Under the pieces are notes generated by a model. The model ran no database searches, was not told the origin of the DNA, and worked only from the letters and a program-made list of their open reading frames with translations. A stretch of DNA of 64,000 nt, from assembly GCA_977020255.1 (NCBI GenBank), contig CDROCS010001101.1, positions 620,001 through 684,000 of the forward strand, given 5' to 3'. The stretch's first letter is position 1. The number at the start of each line of letters is the position of its first letter. The DNA is from Obrimoposthia wandeli (taxonomy: Eukaryota). Positions 26,450 to 38,417 of the stretch are shown in pieces. The translations under genes were made by a program, and so were the position numbers.

Positions 26450-27028
26450 ATGCTAATTCAACATCGGTGGATAAACTGGCTGTTCTTAGGGCTATTATGC
26501 CTCATAATATTCGCGATTTCCGCCGATAATATAACTGTGTGGGATTATAACAGGGAATTGATTATCGAGGGTGAATACTGGCGCATCGTGAGTGGGAATT
26601 TTAATCACACCAATATATATCACTTGGTATTAAACTTAAGCGCGTTGGCAGTTATGGCTGGCTTGCATTATCGCTATTATAACAGCGTAACTTACGCTAG
26701 CTTGATCCTCTGCTTATCGATTGGTGTCGGTATTGGCATACTATGGTTTTCACCAAGTACGCATTTATATGTAGGATTATCAGGGGTTTTACATGGCATT
26801 ATTATTGTCGGCGCTATCATCGACGTGAGCAAGAAATACTATTCAGGTTATGTATTGATCATTGGTACTGTAGTTAAAGTAATTCATGAGCAGCTATTTG
26901 ATAGTTCAGTCGCAATGAGCCAGTTAATTGCAGCTAAAGTACTCACAGAAGCCCACCTATATGGGCTGGTGACAGGCTTTATCATTGCGCCACTCTTTGT
27001 ATACTTAAACAAAAAAAAGAGCGCCTGA
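26450..27028 (+). CDS. rrtA: Rhombosortase (rhomboid protease for GlyGly-CTERM proteins)
   Basis: GEYWRIVSGNFNHTNIYHLVLN, YVGLSGVLHG (catalytic Ser), EAHLYG (catalytic His); divergent from a DTW gene as in Vibrionales. Confidence 0.85.
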   Translation: MLIQHRWINWLFLGLLCLIIFAISADNITVWDYNRELIIEGEYWRIVSGNFNHTNIYHLVLNLSALAVMAGLHYRYYNSVTYASLILCLSIGVGIGILWFSPSTHLYVGLSGVLHGIIIVGAIIDVSKKYYSGYVLIIGTVVKVIHEQLFDSSVAMSQLIAAKVLTEAHLYGLVTGFIIAPLFVYLNKKKSA

Positions 27029-27064
27029 GCGCTCTTATCGATATAACGTTAAACCAAAGACAAT

Positions 27065-27766
27065 TTAGCTAGCTAAACTCTCATTGATCTCAGTTAATAC
27101 TTTCATTGGTGATTCAGCTTGGGTAATTGGTCGGCCAATCACTAAGTAATCAGAACCAGCAGCAACAGCTTCAACAGGTGTCATAATACGGCGTTGGTCG
27201 CCCGCTGCACTGCCTGCTGGGCGAATACCAGGTGTAATTAACAGGAATGACTCACCTAATGTTTCTTTCAGCATTGACGCTTCTTGCGAAGAACAAACTA
27301 CGCCGTCTAAACCACTTTCTTGCGTTAGCTTAGCTAAACGAATCACTTGCTCCGCAGGCGTGATGTTAACACCCATTTGCGCAAGATCTTCCTGTTCCAT
27401 ACTTGTCAGTACTGTCACAGCAATCAAAATTGGGGCTTTATCGCCATAAGGAACTAATGCTGCTTTTGCAGCTTCCATCATACGTTTACCACCACAAGCA
27501 TGTACGTTTACCATCCACACGCCTAGCTCAGCGGCTGCAGCAACAGCTTTAGCTACAGTATTTGGAATATCATGGAATTTAAGATCTAAGAACACATCAA
27601 AATCACGTGCAACTAATTTACGCACGAACTCAGGCCCAAATAAGGTAAACATTTCTTTGCCAACTTTTAAACGACATTGGCTAGGATTGATTTTATCAAC
27701 AAAATTCAATGCACTTGCTTCATCAGCATAATCCAGTGCGACAACTACTTTACTATCTTGCAACAT
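27065..27766 (-). CDS. pyrF: Orotidine-5'-phosphate decarboxylase
   Basis: [30 protein letters not shown]. Confidence 0.98.
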   Translation of the reverse strand: MLQDSKVVVALDYADEASALNFVDKINPSQCRLKVGKEMFTLFGPEFVRKLVARDFDVFLDLKFHDIPNTVAKAVAAAAELGVWMVNVHACGGKRMMEAAKAALVPYGDKAPILIAVTVLTSMEQEDLAQMGVNITPAEQVIRLAKLTQESGLDGVVCSSQEASMLKETLGESFLLITPGIRPAGSAAGDQRRIMTPVEAVAAGSDYLVIGRPITQAESPMKVLTEINESLAS

Positions 27767-27844
27767 ATATCTTCCTAGGTCCGGTTAATCATTATCGTAT
27801 TCTTGTTATCATTAATAGCTATGATTTATCGTTATTACTTATCT

Positions 27845-29014
27845 TTATTCGCCATCTAAGCCACGAATTGGTTTAACACTGCCCCAACGTTTACACGACG
27901 GACAATGCCAATAAATACTTTTGGTACTAAACCCGCATTTACGACAGCGATAAATCGGTTTTAATTTCAGTTGCTCACCAACTAAGTTACGCAACATGGT
28001 TAAACTTTCTTTTGCTTTACCTTCTTCCGCAGCTTGTTCTTGATACTTCATCAAATGGTAAAAACCTTTCATCGTTGGCGTGCGAACAATTTGATTTAAG
28101 ATTAACTTTTCTGCGGGCTCTAAGCCGACGCTACTAACAGTAAAATCAGCTAACTCAATGGCAACACTAATACCGGCTTTATTATTTTGCGCGTCGTTAA
28201 GAAAGTAAATAAAACCGTCTTCATCGTCAATTTCAACATAGCAATTTTTGAGCTTCTGCAATATTTCTGTGACAAAATCAATATCTTGATTCATCACATG
28301 CTCAAGCCAGGCGATGGCTTTTTTATATTCACCTTGTTCAATATGTAAATCAGCCAGCATAATACTTGCTCTTACGCAGAGTTTGTCATGCTGTAAGGCT
28401 TTTTTAAGGCTTGTTAAACGTTTCTTTGGTTCATTAAGTAGCGCTGGAGATTTGGCTAACGCGCAATAGAAGTGGGCTATTTTACGATCAATTTTAACAT
28501 CACCCATTTTTTTGAGTTTGTTACCGACCGCAATCGCTTGTTCCCATTCTTTGGTTTGTTCATAAATAATGATGAGTTGCGATAATGCAATTTGACGATG
28601 ATCTGGTTCATCAATCAATTTTAAAAATAATTCTTCCGCGCGATCGACAAGTCCTGCCGCAAGGTAATCTCGCGCGAGTTGTAATAACGCTAAATTACGC
28701 TGTTCATGCGTCAATGACGGGCGAGCAATAAGGTTCTGGTGGATCTTAATTGCGCGTTGTACTTCACCTCGTTGGCGAAATAAATTACCGAGTGCCAAAT
28801 GCGTATCGATAGTTTCACTATCAACATCAAGTAAATCGATAAATAAATCAACCGCTTTATCAGGTTGGTCTGATAATAAAAAGTTAAGCCCAGTGACATA
28901 CTCTCTAGAGATTGTATGTTGCTTATCTTGTTGTAAATAGCGGCCATTTCTTCTACCCATATACCAGCCATACGCAGCGGCAACAGGAAGTAAAAGAAAT
29001 AAAAGTTCGAACAT
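27845..29014 (-). CDS. lapB: LPS assembly protein B (YciM)
   Basis: N-terminal TM LLLPVAAAYGWYMG, TPR repeats, C-terminal rubredoxin CRKCG...WHCPSC. Confidence 0.96.
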   Translation of the reverse strand: MFELLFLLLPVAAAYGWYMGRRNGRYLQQDKQHTISREYVTGLNFLLSDQPDKAVDLFIDLLDVDSETIDTHLALGNLFRQRGEVQRAIKIHQNLIARPSLTHEQRNLALLQLARDYLAAGLVDRAEELFLKLIDEPDHRQIALSQLIIIYEQTKEWEQAIAVGNKLKKMGDVKIDRKIAHFYCALAKSPALLNEPKKRLTSLKKALQHDKLCVRASIMLADLHIEQGEYKKAIAWLEHVMNQDIDFVTEILQKLKNCYVEIDDEDGFIYFLNDAQNNKAGISVAIELADFTVSSVGLEPAEKLILNQIVRTPTMKGFYHLMKYQEQAAEEGKAKESLTMLRNLVGEQLKLKPIYRCRKCGFSTKSIYWHCPSCKRWGSVKPIRGLDGE

Positions 29015-29022
29015 ACTGTAAT

Positions 29023-29310
29023 TTAACCTTTTATATCAGTAATACGTAATCGCTCAAGCTCAGTTACTTGACGCTTAGACTTACGTTTTAATTTCGATAT
29101 AGATAGCTTTAACTTCATCATCAACAAGCCCATACAAGTGCCAGCAATAACTAGTCCAGCGACAAATGCGCCGATAAGCAGAGAAGATAATTTAAATGCA
29201 TCGAGTGCGATTAGATAATTAAAATCCACTAACTGATCGTTACTCGCCGCAAATGCAGCCGCTAACGCCAGTATACAAGCGATAATAATAAAAAAGATAA
29301 ATGATTTCAT
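29023..29310 (-). CDS. lapA: LPS assembly protein A (YciS)
   Basis: 2 TM, NDQLVDFNYL, basic coiled tail; directly upstream of lapB. Confidence 0.88.
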   Translation of the reverse strand: MKSFIFFIIIACILALAAAFAASNDQLVDFNYLIALDAFKLSSLLIGAFVAGLVIAGTCMGLLMMKLKLSISKLKRKSKRQVTELERLRITDIKG

Positions 29311-29502
29311 CGACGTCCTCTGTGATATAAATTATATATACCATGGATTATCGCCAATAAATGGATCAAGTGCTAGTAATATATGGTGAAATCCAAAACA
29401 ACTGTACATAGCGAGTATAGAAACAGCACAGTAAACAGCGCTTCGCTATATAAATAAAAGCAAAAAATAAAATCGAAGTTAAAATCTAAGCTAAAAAAAG
29501 GT

Positions 29503-29536
29503 AAAAAAAAACGACACACCTAGGTATGTCGTTTTT
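29503..29536 (-). terminator. Terminator after ihfB
   Basis: aaaaacgaca-cacctaggta-tgtcgttttt; the T-run on the minus strand is longer. Confidence 0.7.
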
Positions 29537-29550
29537 GCAAGTATCAACTA

Positions 29551-29835
29551 CTATAGCGAAGCGTTAACACGATCTCGAAGTTCTTTACCAGGTTTAAAAT
29601 GAGGAACATATTTGCCCTCTAATTCAACCTTTTCACCTGATTTAGGATTGCGCCCAATTCGAGGTTCACGGTAATGTAGAGAAAAACTTCCAAAACCGCG
29701 AATTTCAATTCGATCACCAGTAGCCAAAGTATCTACCATCTGATCCAGTATAGCTTTCACAGATAATTCAACATCTTTAGTCGCCAGCTGCGAATTTGCA
29801 GTGCAAAGACGTTCGATTAGTTCTGATTTTGTCAT
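29551..29835 (-). CDS. ihfB: Integration host factor beta
   Basis: [31 protein letters not shown]. Confidence 0.98.
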   Translation of the reverse strand: MTKSELIERLCTANSQLATKDVELSVKAILDQMVDTLATGDRIEIRGFGSFSLHYREPRIGRNPKSGEKVELEGKYVPHFKPGKELRDRVNASL

Positions 29836-29902
29836 ATAATCTCCATTAAGAATATTGTCGACATCGTGCTAATAAGGGGTGAATAAACACCCCTCAGGCT
29901 TA

Positions 29903-31570
29903 TTATTCGCCTTTAGCAGCTTTAAATGCTTCTGCCATAGCAGAAAGACCAGACTCTTGCGGTTGGCTGTTTACACTAGCCATTGCTTCTTTCTCGTCAG
30001 CTTCATCTTTAGCTTTAACTGAAAGACTAATTACGCGGTTTTTACGATCAACACCAACGTATTTAGCTTCAAGTGATTCGCCTACAGATAATACTAGGCT
30101 TGCATCTTCGATACGGTCGCGAGAGATATCGCCAACACGGATATAACCTTCAACGCCTTTAGCTAGTTCAATTGTTGCGCCTTTAGCGTCAACTGAAGTA
30201 ACTGTACCATTAACAATAGCATTCTTCTTGTTATTAGCTAGGTATTCGTTGAACGGGTCTTCATCAATTTGCTTGATGCCTAAAGAAATACGTTCACGCT
30301 CTGGGTCTACTTGTAGAACTACAGCAGTGATTTCGTCGCCTTTCTTATATTCACGAACGGCTTCTTCACCAGTAGCATCCCAAGAGATGTCTGAAAGATG
30401 AACTAGACCGTCAATGCCGCCGTCAAGACCGATGAAGATACCGAAATCTGTAATAGATTTGATCTTACCAGTAACTTGCTCGCCTTTAATGCGTGAAGTT
30501 GAGAAGTTTTCCCAAGGATTAGCAATACATTGCTTAAGACCTAGAGAGATACGACGACGTTCTTCGTCGATATCAAGAACCATAACTTCAACAGAATCGC
30601 CAACATTAACCACTTTAGAAGGGTGAATGTTTTTGTTAGTCCAATCCATTTCAGAAACGTGAACTAGACCTTCAACGCCTTCTTCAATTTCAACGAAACA
30701 ACCGTAGTCAGTTAGGTTCGTAACTTTACCAGTCAGCTTAGTGCTTTCTGGGTAACGTTTAGCGATAGCTACCCATGGATCTTCGCCTAATTGCTTAAGA
30801 CCTAGAGATACACGTGTACGTTCACGATCGAATTTAAGAACTTTAACGTTGATTTCATCGCCAACATTAACGATTTCACTTGGGTGCTTAACGCGTTTCC
30901 AAGCCATATCAGTAATGTGTAGAAGACCATCAACACCACCAAGATCAACGAATGCGCCATAGTCCGTAAGGTTCTTAACGATACCTTTAACTTCTTGACC
31001 TTCTTGAAGGTTAGCAAGAAGTTCTTCACGTTCTGCACTGTTTTCAGTTTCGATAACTGCGCGACGTGAAACAACTACGTTGTTACGTTTTTGGTCAAGT
31101 TTGATTACTTTGAACTCTAACTCTTTGCCTTCAAGGTGAGTAGTGTCACGTACAGGACGAACGTCTACTAAAGAACCTGGTAAGAATGCGCGAATTGTGT
31201 TCACTTCAACCGTGAAACCGCCTTTAACTTTACCGTTGATAACACCGATAACAGTTTCTTGGTCTTCGTATGCTTTTTCAAGCTGAATCCAAGACTCGTG
31301 ACGTTTAGCTTTTTCACGAGAAAGTTGAGTTTCACCGAAACCATCTTCAATTGATTCTAGTGCTACATCAACTTCTTGACCAACTTCAACTTCAAGTTCG
31401 CCAGCAGCGTTCTTGAATTCTTCAGCAGGAATAGAAGATTCTGATTTAAGACCAGCGTCAACTAAAACGTAACCGTTTTCGATTGCAACAACAGTTGCTT
31501 TGATGATGCTACCAGGAGCAGCAAGTTCTTGTAGTGACTCTTCAAAGAGTAAAGCGAAAGATTCATTCAT
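29903..31570 (-). CDS. rpsA: 30S ribosomal protein S1
   Basis: [13 protein letters not shown], six S1 repeats, [12 protein letters not shown] terminus. Confidence 0.99.
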   Translation of the reverse strand: MNESFALLFEESLQELAAPGSIIKATVVAIENGYVLVDAGLKSESSIPAEEFKNAAGELEVEVGQEVDVALESIEDGFGETQLSREKAKRHESWIQLEKAYEDQETVIGVINGKVKGGFTVEVNTIRAFLPGSLVDVRPVRDTTHLEGKELEFKVIKLDQKRNNVVVSRRAVIETENSAEREELLANLQEGQEVKGIVKNLTDYGAFVDLGGVDGLLHITDMAWKRVKHPSEIVNVGDEINVKVLKFDRERTRVSLGLKQLGEDPWVAIAKRYPESTKLTGKVTNLTDYGCFVEIEEGVEGLVHVSEMDWTNKNIHPSKVVNVGDSVEVMVLDIDEERRRISLGLKQCIANPWENFSTSRIKGEQVTGKIKSITDFGIFIGLDGGIDGLVHLSDISWDATGEEAVREYKKGDEITAVVLQVDPERERISLGIKQIDEDPFNEYLANNKKNAIVNGTVTSVDAKGATIELAKGVEGYIRVGDISRDRIEDASLVLSVGESLEAKYVGVDRKNRVISLSVKAKDEADEKEAMASVNSQPQESGLSAMAEAFKAAKGE

Positions 31571-31662
31571 AATGAGTTATATGTACTTATAAAACGTTCA
31601 CATAAGCAATCCGGCTAATGTGGGTTGTTAATCAAAAGTCATCATCATCCTTGATGCTTGAC
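31571..31662 (-). promoter_or_regulatory. rpsA autoregulatory 5' leader
   Basis: No SD before ATG; two hairpins with GGA near the loop (gtcaagcatcaaggatgatgatgac; cacattagccggattgcttatgtg), as described for gammaproteobacterial rpsA leaders. Confidence 0.6.
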
Positions 31663-31692
31663 TGCTAAATAATCGACAGAATATCGACTACC

Positions 31693-32367
31693 TTAAATTT
31701 TACCTTCTGCAAAAGCCAACACACTAGCAACTACATCTTCGATCGACATAGATGTCGAATCAATGACCAGTGCATCATCTGCTGGCTTTAATGGAGCGAC
31801 CGAACGATTGCGATCTTGATGATCACGCTTTTCGATCTCTTCCAGAAGGGCTGACATGCTAACATCGAACCCTTTGTCTTGCAACTGATTAAAGCGGCGA
31901 ACTGCCCTTTCTTCAGCAGAAGCATCTAAAAATATTTTTACTGGAGCATCAGTGAATACCACAGTGCCCATATCACGCCCGTCTGCAATCAGACCAGGTG
32001 CAGTGCGAAAGTCACGTTGGCGTTGCAACAATGCTGCGCGCACAGCAGGATAAACTGCAGCTCGAGAGGCAGCAAAGCCCGCTTCTTCAGTGCGGATTTC
32101 ACGTGACACATTTTCGCCTTCTAGGATAACTTGTAACCCGCTATCAGTTGGTTCGAAACGTACATCAAGGTTAGCGGCAAGTGCCGTTAAGCCTAATTCG
32201 TTGTCTAAATCAACATGACGATGCATCGCAGCTAATGCTAAAACACGATAAATGGCACCACTATCTAGTATATGCCAACCTAGCTTAGCCGCAAGTAATT
32301 GGCATAAAGTACCTTTACCTGAGCCACTTGGCCCATCGACTGTAATAATTGGTGCTACTGTGGTCAT
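31693..32367 (-). CDS. cmk: Cytidylate kinase
   Basis: [29 protein letters not shown]; ATG 32367 has a GGAG SD. Confidence 0.98.
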   Translation of the reverse strand: MTTVAPIITVDGPSGSGKGTLCQLLAAKLGWHILDSGAIYRVLALAAMHRHVDLDNELGLTALAANLDVRFEPTDSGLQVILEGENVSREIRTEEAGFAASRAAVYPAVRAALLQRQRDFRTAPGLIADGRDMGTVVFTDAPVKIFLDASAEERAVRRFNQLQDKGFDVSMSALLEEIEKRDHQDRNRSVAPLKPADDALVIDSTSMSIEDVVASVLAFAEGKI

Positions 32368-32475
32368 AAATTCTCCAAACTCAATATCTAACATGCAACT
32401 TTATACTGTCCGCATGGATCTGGTCGCGATTATAACGGATCTGTATGAAAAGTGTATGAATTAATAGCCACTAAT

Positions 32476-32517
32476 AAAAAAGCGAGGTATCACTTTAGCA
32501 GTAACACCTCGCTTTTT
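32476..32517 (-). terminator. Terminator after aroA
   Basis: aaaaaagcgaggt ... acctcgcttttt. Confidence 0.7.
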
Positions 32518-32568
32518 AAGCTTGACACTGGCGAACAGTATCCGTTATCAAGACCGTTTATAGATTGT

Positions 32569-33852
32569 TTATGCTTGCACTAAACTAGCAAAACGGTCGA
32601 AATAATCTGGGAATGTTTTTGATGTACAACCAGGATCATTAATCGTTACCGGTGTATCACTTAATGCCACCAGTGAGAAACACATCGCCATACGATGGTC
32701 GTCATAAGTATCAATCGCTGCATGAATTAACTCTGCAGGAGGGGTGATTTTAATGTAGTCATTACCCTCTTCTACTACTGCGCCAACTTTACGTAATTCA
32801 GTCGCCATCGCCGCTAAACGGTCAGTTTCTTTCACGCGCCAGTTGTATACATTACGGATAATTGTCGTACCTTTTGCAAACAATGCAGTTGTCGCAATGG
32901 TCATCGCCGCATCTGGAATATGGTTCATATCTAAATCAACAGCCGTTAATTCACCCACTTCTGCTTCAATATAGCTATCTGCCCAGGTAATCTTACCGCC
33001 CATCGCTTCAATCACATCAGCAAACTGGATATCACCTTGGATTGAGTTTTTACCAATACCTGTCACACGGATCTTACCGCCTTTAATTGCAGCGGCAGCA
33101 AGGAAGTAAGACGCAGAAGATGCATCGCCTTCAACTAAGAAGTCACCTGCAGCTTGATATGTTTGCTGACCTTTAATAGTAAAAGTCTGGTAATTATCAT
33201 GGCTTACCGTCACACCAAATTGCGCCATAATATGCAGGGTAATTTCGATATACGGTTTCGACACGAGTTCACCGACAATTTCAATTGTCGTGTCATTTTC
33301 AGCCAAAGGCGCTGCCATTAAAAATGCAGTTAAGAATTGGCTTGATACACTGCCATCAATCTTAATATTACCGCCTTTTAAGCCAGTACCTTTAATTAAT
33401 ACCGGTGGATAATCAACATTCTTTAAATAAGTAACGTCAGCACCCGCTTGGCGTAAGCTATCAACTAGGCTACCGATTGGGCGTTCTTCCATACGCGGTT
33501 CGCCAGTGAGTTCAAATTCACCTTCGCTCAAACATAATGCAGCGCATAAAGGACGCATAGCCGTACCGGCGTTACCTAAAAATAATTCCAATTTTTCAGT
33601 TGCAGAAAATGCACGCCCTAAACCCGTTACTGTACAAACTGTCTTACAAGCAGACAAATCATACTGTACACCCAGTTTTGTTAGTGCATTCAACATATGA
33701 CGAATATCATCACTGTCTAATAAATTAGTTAAACGTGTCGTGCCTTCAGCTAACGCCGCAAGTAATAACGCACGGTTTGAAACGCTTTTAGAGCCTGGTA
33801 AGTTAATAGTGCCTGATACTTTGCCAATTGGTTGTAATGTTAATTTTTCCAT
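32569..33852 (-). CDS. aroA: EPSP synthase
   Basis: [38 protein letters not shown]. Confidence 0.98.
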   Translation of the reverse strand: MEKLTLQPIGKVSGTINLPGSKSVSNRALLLAALAEGTTRLTNLLDSDDIRHMLNALTKLGVQYDLSACKTVCTVTGLGRAFSATEKLELFLGNAGTAMRPLCAALCLSEGEFELTGEPRMEERPIGSLVDSLRQAGADVTYLKNVDYPPVLIKGTGLKGGNIKIDGSVSSQFLTAFLMAAPLAENDTTIEIVGELVSKPYIEITLHIMAQFGVTVSHDNYQTFTIKGQQTYQAAGDFLVEGDASSASYFLAAAAIKGGKIRVTGIGKNSIQGDIQFADVIEAMGGKITWADSYIEAEVGELTAVDLDMNHIPDAAMTIATTALFAKGTTIIRNVYNWRVKETDRLAAMATELRKVGAVVEEGNDYIKITPPAELIHAAIDTYDDHRMAMCFSLVALSDTPVTINDPGCTSKTFPDYFDRFASLVQA

Positions 33853-33991
33853 AAATTTATTCACTTAATTTTTAATATTTGATTCTCTACATTCTGCTGT
33901 TTATAAGGCCTATACATAAAGTCTTAATACTGACCTAAATATAAACCTTCATTAACAGAAAACAGAATAAGGACTACAATCTTAACTGGTA

Positions 33992-35107
33992 TTACAGCGC
34001 GTCTAACTCAGCTAACACAGTCAGTAAGGCTTGCATAAATGTTTCATTTTCCAGTTCAGTACCTATGCTCACACGTAGATGCTTAGTTAAACCATAACCA
34101 GCAACAGGACGTACAATAACGCCTTTATGCAACAATGCTTGATAAACGGCAGCAGGATCTTGAGTAAGTTCCATGGTAATGAAATTACCTTTCGATGGAA
34201 TATAGCCAATACCTTGGTCACTGAAAAATGTTTCAAGTACTGCGCGCTGCTGATTATTTAATGCCACACTAGCGGTTAAAAAATCATGATCAGACAATGC
34301 GGCTTGCGCGGCTGCTAATGCAAAACTATTGCAATTAAATGGCTGACGCACACGGTTTAAAATATCAGCGATGTCAGGGTGTGACATGCTATAACCTACA
34401 CGTAAACCTGCAAGACCATAGGCTTTAGAAAAAGTACGGGTGATGATTAAATTCGAAAATGCCGTTAACCAAGTAATCGACGGAGCTTGCAGTTCTTTAT
34501 CTACATACTCGAAATACGCTTCATCAAGAACCACGATCACATTTTTTGGCACTTGAGTTAAGAATTCATATAGCGCTTCTGCCGTTAAAAATGTACCCGT
34601 TGGATTGTTTGGGTTAGCAATAAAGATAAGACGTGTGCGCTCTGTAATTGCCGCTAACATTGCCGGAAGATCATGCCCCCAGTCTTTAGCCGGAACCGCA
34701 ACACCTGTTGCACCAATTGCTTGCGTCACTAATGGATACACAACAAAGGCATGCTGAGCAAAAATCACTTCGTGCTCAGGCGTCACAAAGCTGCGAGCGA
34801 TAAGTTCGAGTACATCGTTTGAACCATTACCTAAGGTAAACTGTGCAGGCGCAAGATCGTATTTATCTGCCAATGCTTGTTTTAGATAAAAGCCATTCGC
34901 GTCTGGATATCGCGTGATACCCGCTAACTGTTGCTCTAACGCCGCTTTAACTAACTCACCAACACCTAATGGATTCTCATTCGACGCTAATTTAACAATA
35001 TTAGTTAACCCTAATTCACGCTCTAATTCATCAGTCGGCTTTCCCGCTTGATAAGGGTGTAAACCTTGTACCCCTGTATTTGCTAAAGCAAAAAAATCAC
35101 AACTCAT
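33992..35107 (-). CDS. hisC: Histidinol-phosphate / aromatic aminotransferase
   Basis: KLASNENPLG, NPNNPTG, LDEAYFEY, RTFSKAYGLAGLRVGY PLP-lysine motif. Confidence 0.9.
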   Translation of the reverse strand: MSCDFFALANTGVQGLHPYQAGKPTDELERELGLTNIVKLASNENPLGVGELVKAALEQQLAGITRYPDANGFYLKQALADKYDLAPAQFTLGNGSNDVLELIARSFVTPEHEVIFAQHAFVVYPLVTQAIGATGVAVPAKDWGHDLPAMLAAITERTRLIFIANPNNPTGTFLTAEALYEFLTQVPKNVIVVLDEAYFEYVDKELQAPSITWLTAFSNLIITRTFSKAYGLAGLRVGYSMSHPDIADILNRVRQPFNCNSFALAAAQAALSDHDFLTASVALNNQQRAVLETFFSDQGIGYIPSKGNFITMELTQDPAAVYQALLHKGVIVRPVAGYGLTKHLRVSIGTELENETFMQALLTVLAELDAL

Positions 35108-35200
35108 ATTAAATCCTTGTCGTCGGCACTGCCGTGTTCAATCAATTTATCCATTGCCCTATAAGGCGACTATTTTGTTCTTATTTAGAACACGCTACGA

Positions 35201-36292
35201 TTAACGTTGTTGACGCTCAAAGTCTTCCATAAATTTAATTAACGCTTTCACACCTTCTATTGGCATGGCGTTATAAATACTTGCACGCATACCACCAACA
35301 ATACGATGACCTTTTAGCGCCATTAAATTCGCGTCTTGAGACTGCTGTAAAAACGCCGTATCCAAATCGCTTGACGCTAATGTAAACGGAATATTCATTT
35401 TAGAGCGATTTACACTTGCCACATTATTACTATAAAAATCACTGCTATCGACGTAGTCATAGAGTAGCTTGGCTTTTTCAGCGTTAATTTCTTCAATAGC
35501 AGACAGGCCACCTTGGGCTTTTAGCCACTTGAATACCAGTCCAGCTAAATACCAAGAATAAGTCGGAGGCGTATTAAACATTGAATCATTTTCTGCCATC
35601 AATTTATAATTAAAAATAGATGGCGTTTCTTGTTTGGCTTTGTCGAGTAAGTCATCACGTACGATCACGACACCAAGACCAGATGGGCCGATATTCTTTT
35701 GTGCACCAGCGTAGATAATACCAAACTTGCTAATATCTAATGGTTTAGACAGGATATTTGACGACATATCCGCCACTAATGGAATATCACCAGTGTCAGG
35801 AATATCATTAATTTCAATACCTTCAATGGTTTCATTCGGGCAATAGTGAACGTAAGCGGTGTCTTTACTTGAAACTTGCCATTGTGAAGCAGGTTTAACG
35901 GCAACAATACCATCCGTACTTGGCATTAGAATGTTTGATTCATTCACTTGGCAGTACTTTTTACCCTCAACAACTGCTGACTTAGACCATTGGCCTGTTA
36001 ATAAATAATCAGCTTGAGTTTTATCGCCAAGGATATTCAGTGGTACAGCAGCAAACTGACCGCGGCCACCACCTTGTGAAAAAATAACTTTGTAGTTATC
36101 TGGGATCGCTAATAAATCACGTAAATCTTGTTCGGCGGCAGCGGCAACAGCCATGTAGTCTTTACTACGGTGGCTCAACTCCATTACCGATACACCGGTA
36201 TTATTCCAATTAATAAATTCTTTTTGGGCTTGTTCCATCACTGCAGCTGGCAACATTGCGGGACCAGCGCAAAAGTTATACGTCCGACTCAT
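35201..36292 (-). CDS. serC: Phosphoserine aminotransferase
   Basis: [41 protein letters not shown]; ATG 36292 has an AAGGA SD. Confidence 0.98.
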   Translation of the reverse strand: MSRTYNFCAGPAMLPAAVMEQAQKEFINWNNTGVSVMELSHRSKDYMAVAAAAEQDLRDLLAIPDNYKVIFSQGGGRGQFAAVPLNILGDKTQADYLLTGQWSKSAVVEGKKYCQVNESNILMPSTDGIVAVKPASQWQVSSKDTAYVHYCPNETIEGIEINDIPDTGDIPLVADMSSNILSKPLDISKFGIIYAGAQKNIGPSGLGVVIVRDDLLDKAKQETPSIFNYKLMAENDSMFNTPPTYSWYLAGLVFKWLKAQGGLSAIEEINAEKAKLLYDYVDSSDFYSNNVASVNRSKMNIPFTLASSDLDTAFLQQSQDANLMALKGHRIVGGMRASIYNAMPIEGVKALIKFMEDFERQQR

Positions 36293-36537
36293 ATCAATTT
36301 TCCTTGTTAACAATGCAGCTTAAACGTTTTAAACCTTTATTGGATGACCATCTAATGTAAGCGATTAACGTTGTTTTTAAAAGTCTTTATTTCACTGTAA
36401 ATAAATCGCTATTAATGAACTCATAGGGGGTATCAAAACGGGGATAATTGGCTACTGAGGAATTGCTTTAGAAGGACTAAGTTACGCTAATGTCATTAAC
36501 GTAACGCTATAGCTAACACTGTATACGTGTGGCTTTA

Positions 36538-36798
36538 TTATTTTGCCACTTTCTTAGGTAATGCTGATTTGGCGAAAAAGAGAATTAATGAGCCAGTTGC
36601 CATAGATAACATCGCCAAGCCAAACTTCGCATCACTGCCCATGCCGATGATGAGTAAAAATAGGCCGATAACAATAAGTGCTGAGCCCGTGAACATAGCG
36701 GCACGAGGATGAGTACTAACAAAGCTCGTTTGTTTAATACCATGTTGATGTTTATGTGCATGTTTTGCTGCTTTACGTTTATGCTTTCTGACTGACAT
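36538..36798 (-). CDS. Small 2-TM membrane protein with His/Lys-rich N-terminus
   Basis: GAGGGG SD; RKHKRKAAKHAHKHQH followed by two hydrophobic helices. Confidence 0.6.
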   Translation of the reverse strand: MSVRKHKRKAAKHAHKHQHGIKQTSFVSTHPRAAMFTGSALIVIGLFLLIIGMGSDAKFGLAMLSMATGSLILFFAKSALPKKVAK

Positions 36799-36913
36799 AA
36801 TTTCCCCTCGCCATTACTTAATATCTTCAATAATATCCTTTTATATCAATACTTCGAGGCCTATATCTCAAAGTATTGATGCATATCATATTATTATAGT
36901 TGATAACTGGAGC

Positions 36914-37810
36914 TTAGACTTTTAGTGCTCGACGATTAAAACTACCAAACACGTTAATTAACGCACCGATAATAATCAAAGCACCACCAGCCCAAGTCCA
37001 TATAGAGGGAATCTCACTAAACAATAACCAACCAAATATGATTGAGAACACCACTTGTATATAGGAATAGGCCGTCGCTTTGCTTGCTACTTCTGTTTGC
37101 ATCGCTTTCGTTAATCCGATCTGGCCAATTTGCGTGAAGATACCAATCAAGACAAGTAACACCAATGCTTCAGCGTCCGGCATAACAAAGTTATCCCCTA
37201 ACAAAAATACCGACAAGGGTAATGCCATCAATGGGAAATAAAATATGATCACCGAGCTATCTTCAGTACCACTAAGGCGCTTCACGATCACATAGGCAAT
37301 CGCGCTGCCTAAAGCCCCCATAAGTGCAACAGCCACACTAAATAAGGGTAATTCATCGCCCGCTGACAATGTTATTTCAGGACTCACAATAAGCACTAAA
37401 CCAAGAATACAAAACAAAATACACACAATCGTCGAACGTTGAATGCGTTCTTTAAGAAAGACTAAGGCAAGCAAGGCTGTAAAGACAGGATGTAGATACT
37501 GTAAAATAGTCGCTTCAGCTAAAGGCAACGTCGTCACGGCGTAATAAACACAGATGAGCGCTAAAGAACCAACGGCGCCGCGTGCTATCAATAGTTTTTT
37601 GTTATGACCCCATACAGATAAACGTTTTCGACGCACATCTACATAGCTAATAATTAATGACACGATCGCTCTTGCTGCGACAATTTCGAAAACGGGAATA
37701 CCATGAGTACTGACTAATTTAACGCAAGCCGTCATGATCGCAAAAGCCAATGCTGACATCAGCATGAACCTGACACCGACGGGAATATTGTGTATAAATT
37801 GCATAGACAT
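36914..37810 (-). CDS. DMT/EamA family transporter
   Basis: 10 TM in two EamA repeats; LPLAEATILQYLHPVFT, AYSYIQVVF. Confidence 0.9.
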   Translation of the reverse strand: MSMQFIHNIPVGVRFMLMSALAFAIMTACVKLVSTHGIPVFEIVAARAIVSLIISYVDVRRKRLSVWGHNKKLLIARGAVGSLALICVYYAVTTLPLAEATILQYLHPVFTALLALVFLKERIQRSTIVCILFCILGLVLIVSPEITLSAGDELPLFSVAVALMGALGSAIAYVIVKRLSGTEDSSVIIFYFPLMALPLSVFLLGDNFVMPDAEALVLLVLIGIFTQIGQIGLTKAMQTEVASKATAYSYIQVVFSIIFGWLLFSEIPSIWTWAGGALIIIGALINVFGSFNRRALKV

Positions 37811-37888
37811 AATGAACGGTTAACTTTAGATGATTAGAAGTAGTGATCCTATAAGACTAATCATCTAAATGATAGCAATTTTAAAGCG

Positions 37889-38263
37889 TTATATAGCCGT
37901 ATTAAGCACGTTGATGTAGTCACACCACAATGCTGAATTACGCGCTGGTACATTAGCGTCACCGCGAATGCCTAATTTAAATTCTATCACTGAACGCCAT
38001 TCCTGCGAGCCTAAATCAGGTCCATGCCCTTGCCCATCACCAGAGATTAACTGACTATCTATTTTAGCATACCAGTCATCCGTACAAGCTTGTGGCTTAA
38101 CGTCGTGAATAGCCACTGCGGCAACGACTGCCGTATCTACTGTAGTTTCTTCGGCCACTGTCACGCTCGCGGTTTCACTTTTACTGGTATCCGAACATCC
38201 GATAACAATAGTACTGAGTAATGTACTGAGTGATGCAATCAGCATTAATTTTATTACTTTCAT
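37889..38263 (-). CDS. Uncharacterised lipoprotein
   Basis: ATG 38263 with AAGGA SD; lipobox-like IVIG-C; C-terminal domain GDGQGHGPDLGSQEW with a Cys pair. Confidence 0.65.
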   Translation of the reverse strand: MKVIKLMLIASLSTLLSTIVIGCSDTSKSETASVTVAEETTVDTAVVAAVAIHDVKPQACTDDWYAKIDSQLISGDGQGHGPDLGSQEWRSVIEFKLGIRGDANVPARNSALWCDYINVLNTAI

Positions 38264-38417
38264 CGTAATAACTTCCTTATCAAAACTACATTTTAGGATC
38301 AACTATCTTGAAAACACCGTATACTGCAGCGATTAAACTAATACTCATGTTAGTTACTAGATTAATAACTAACGACATGAGTTACTACCGACATTAATAC
38401 AAAGATGGTGCAACAAA

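Noticed and set aside
29854-29865. ATTGTCGACATC upstream of ihfB, resembling the prp operator
   Set aside because: Only 10/12 match, palindrome broken, no functional link; probably chance.
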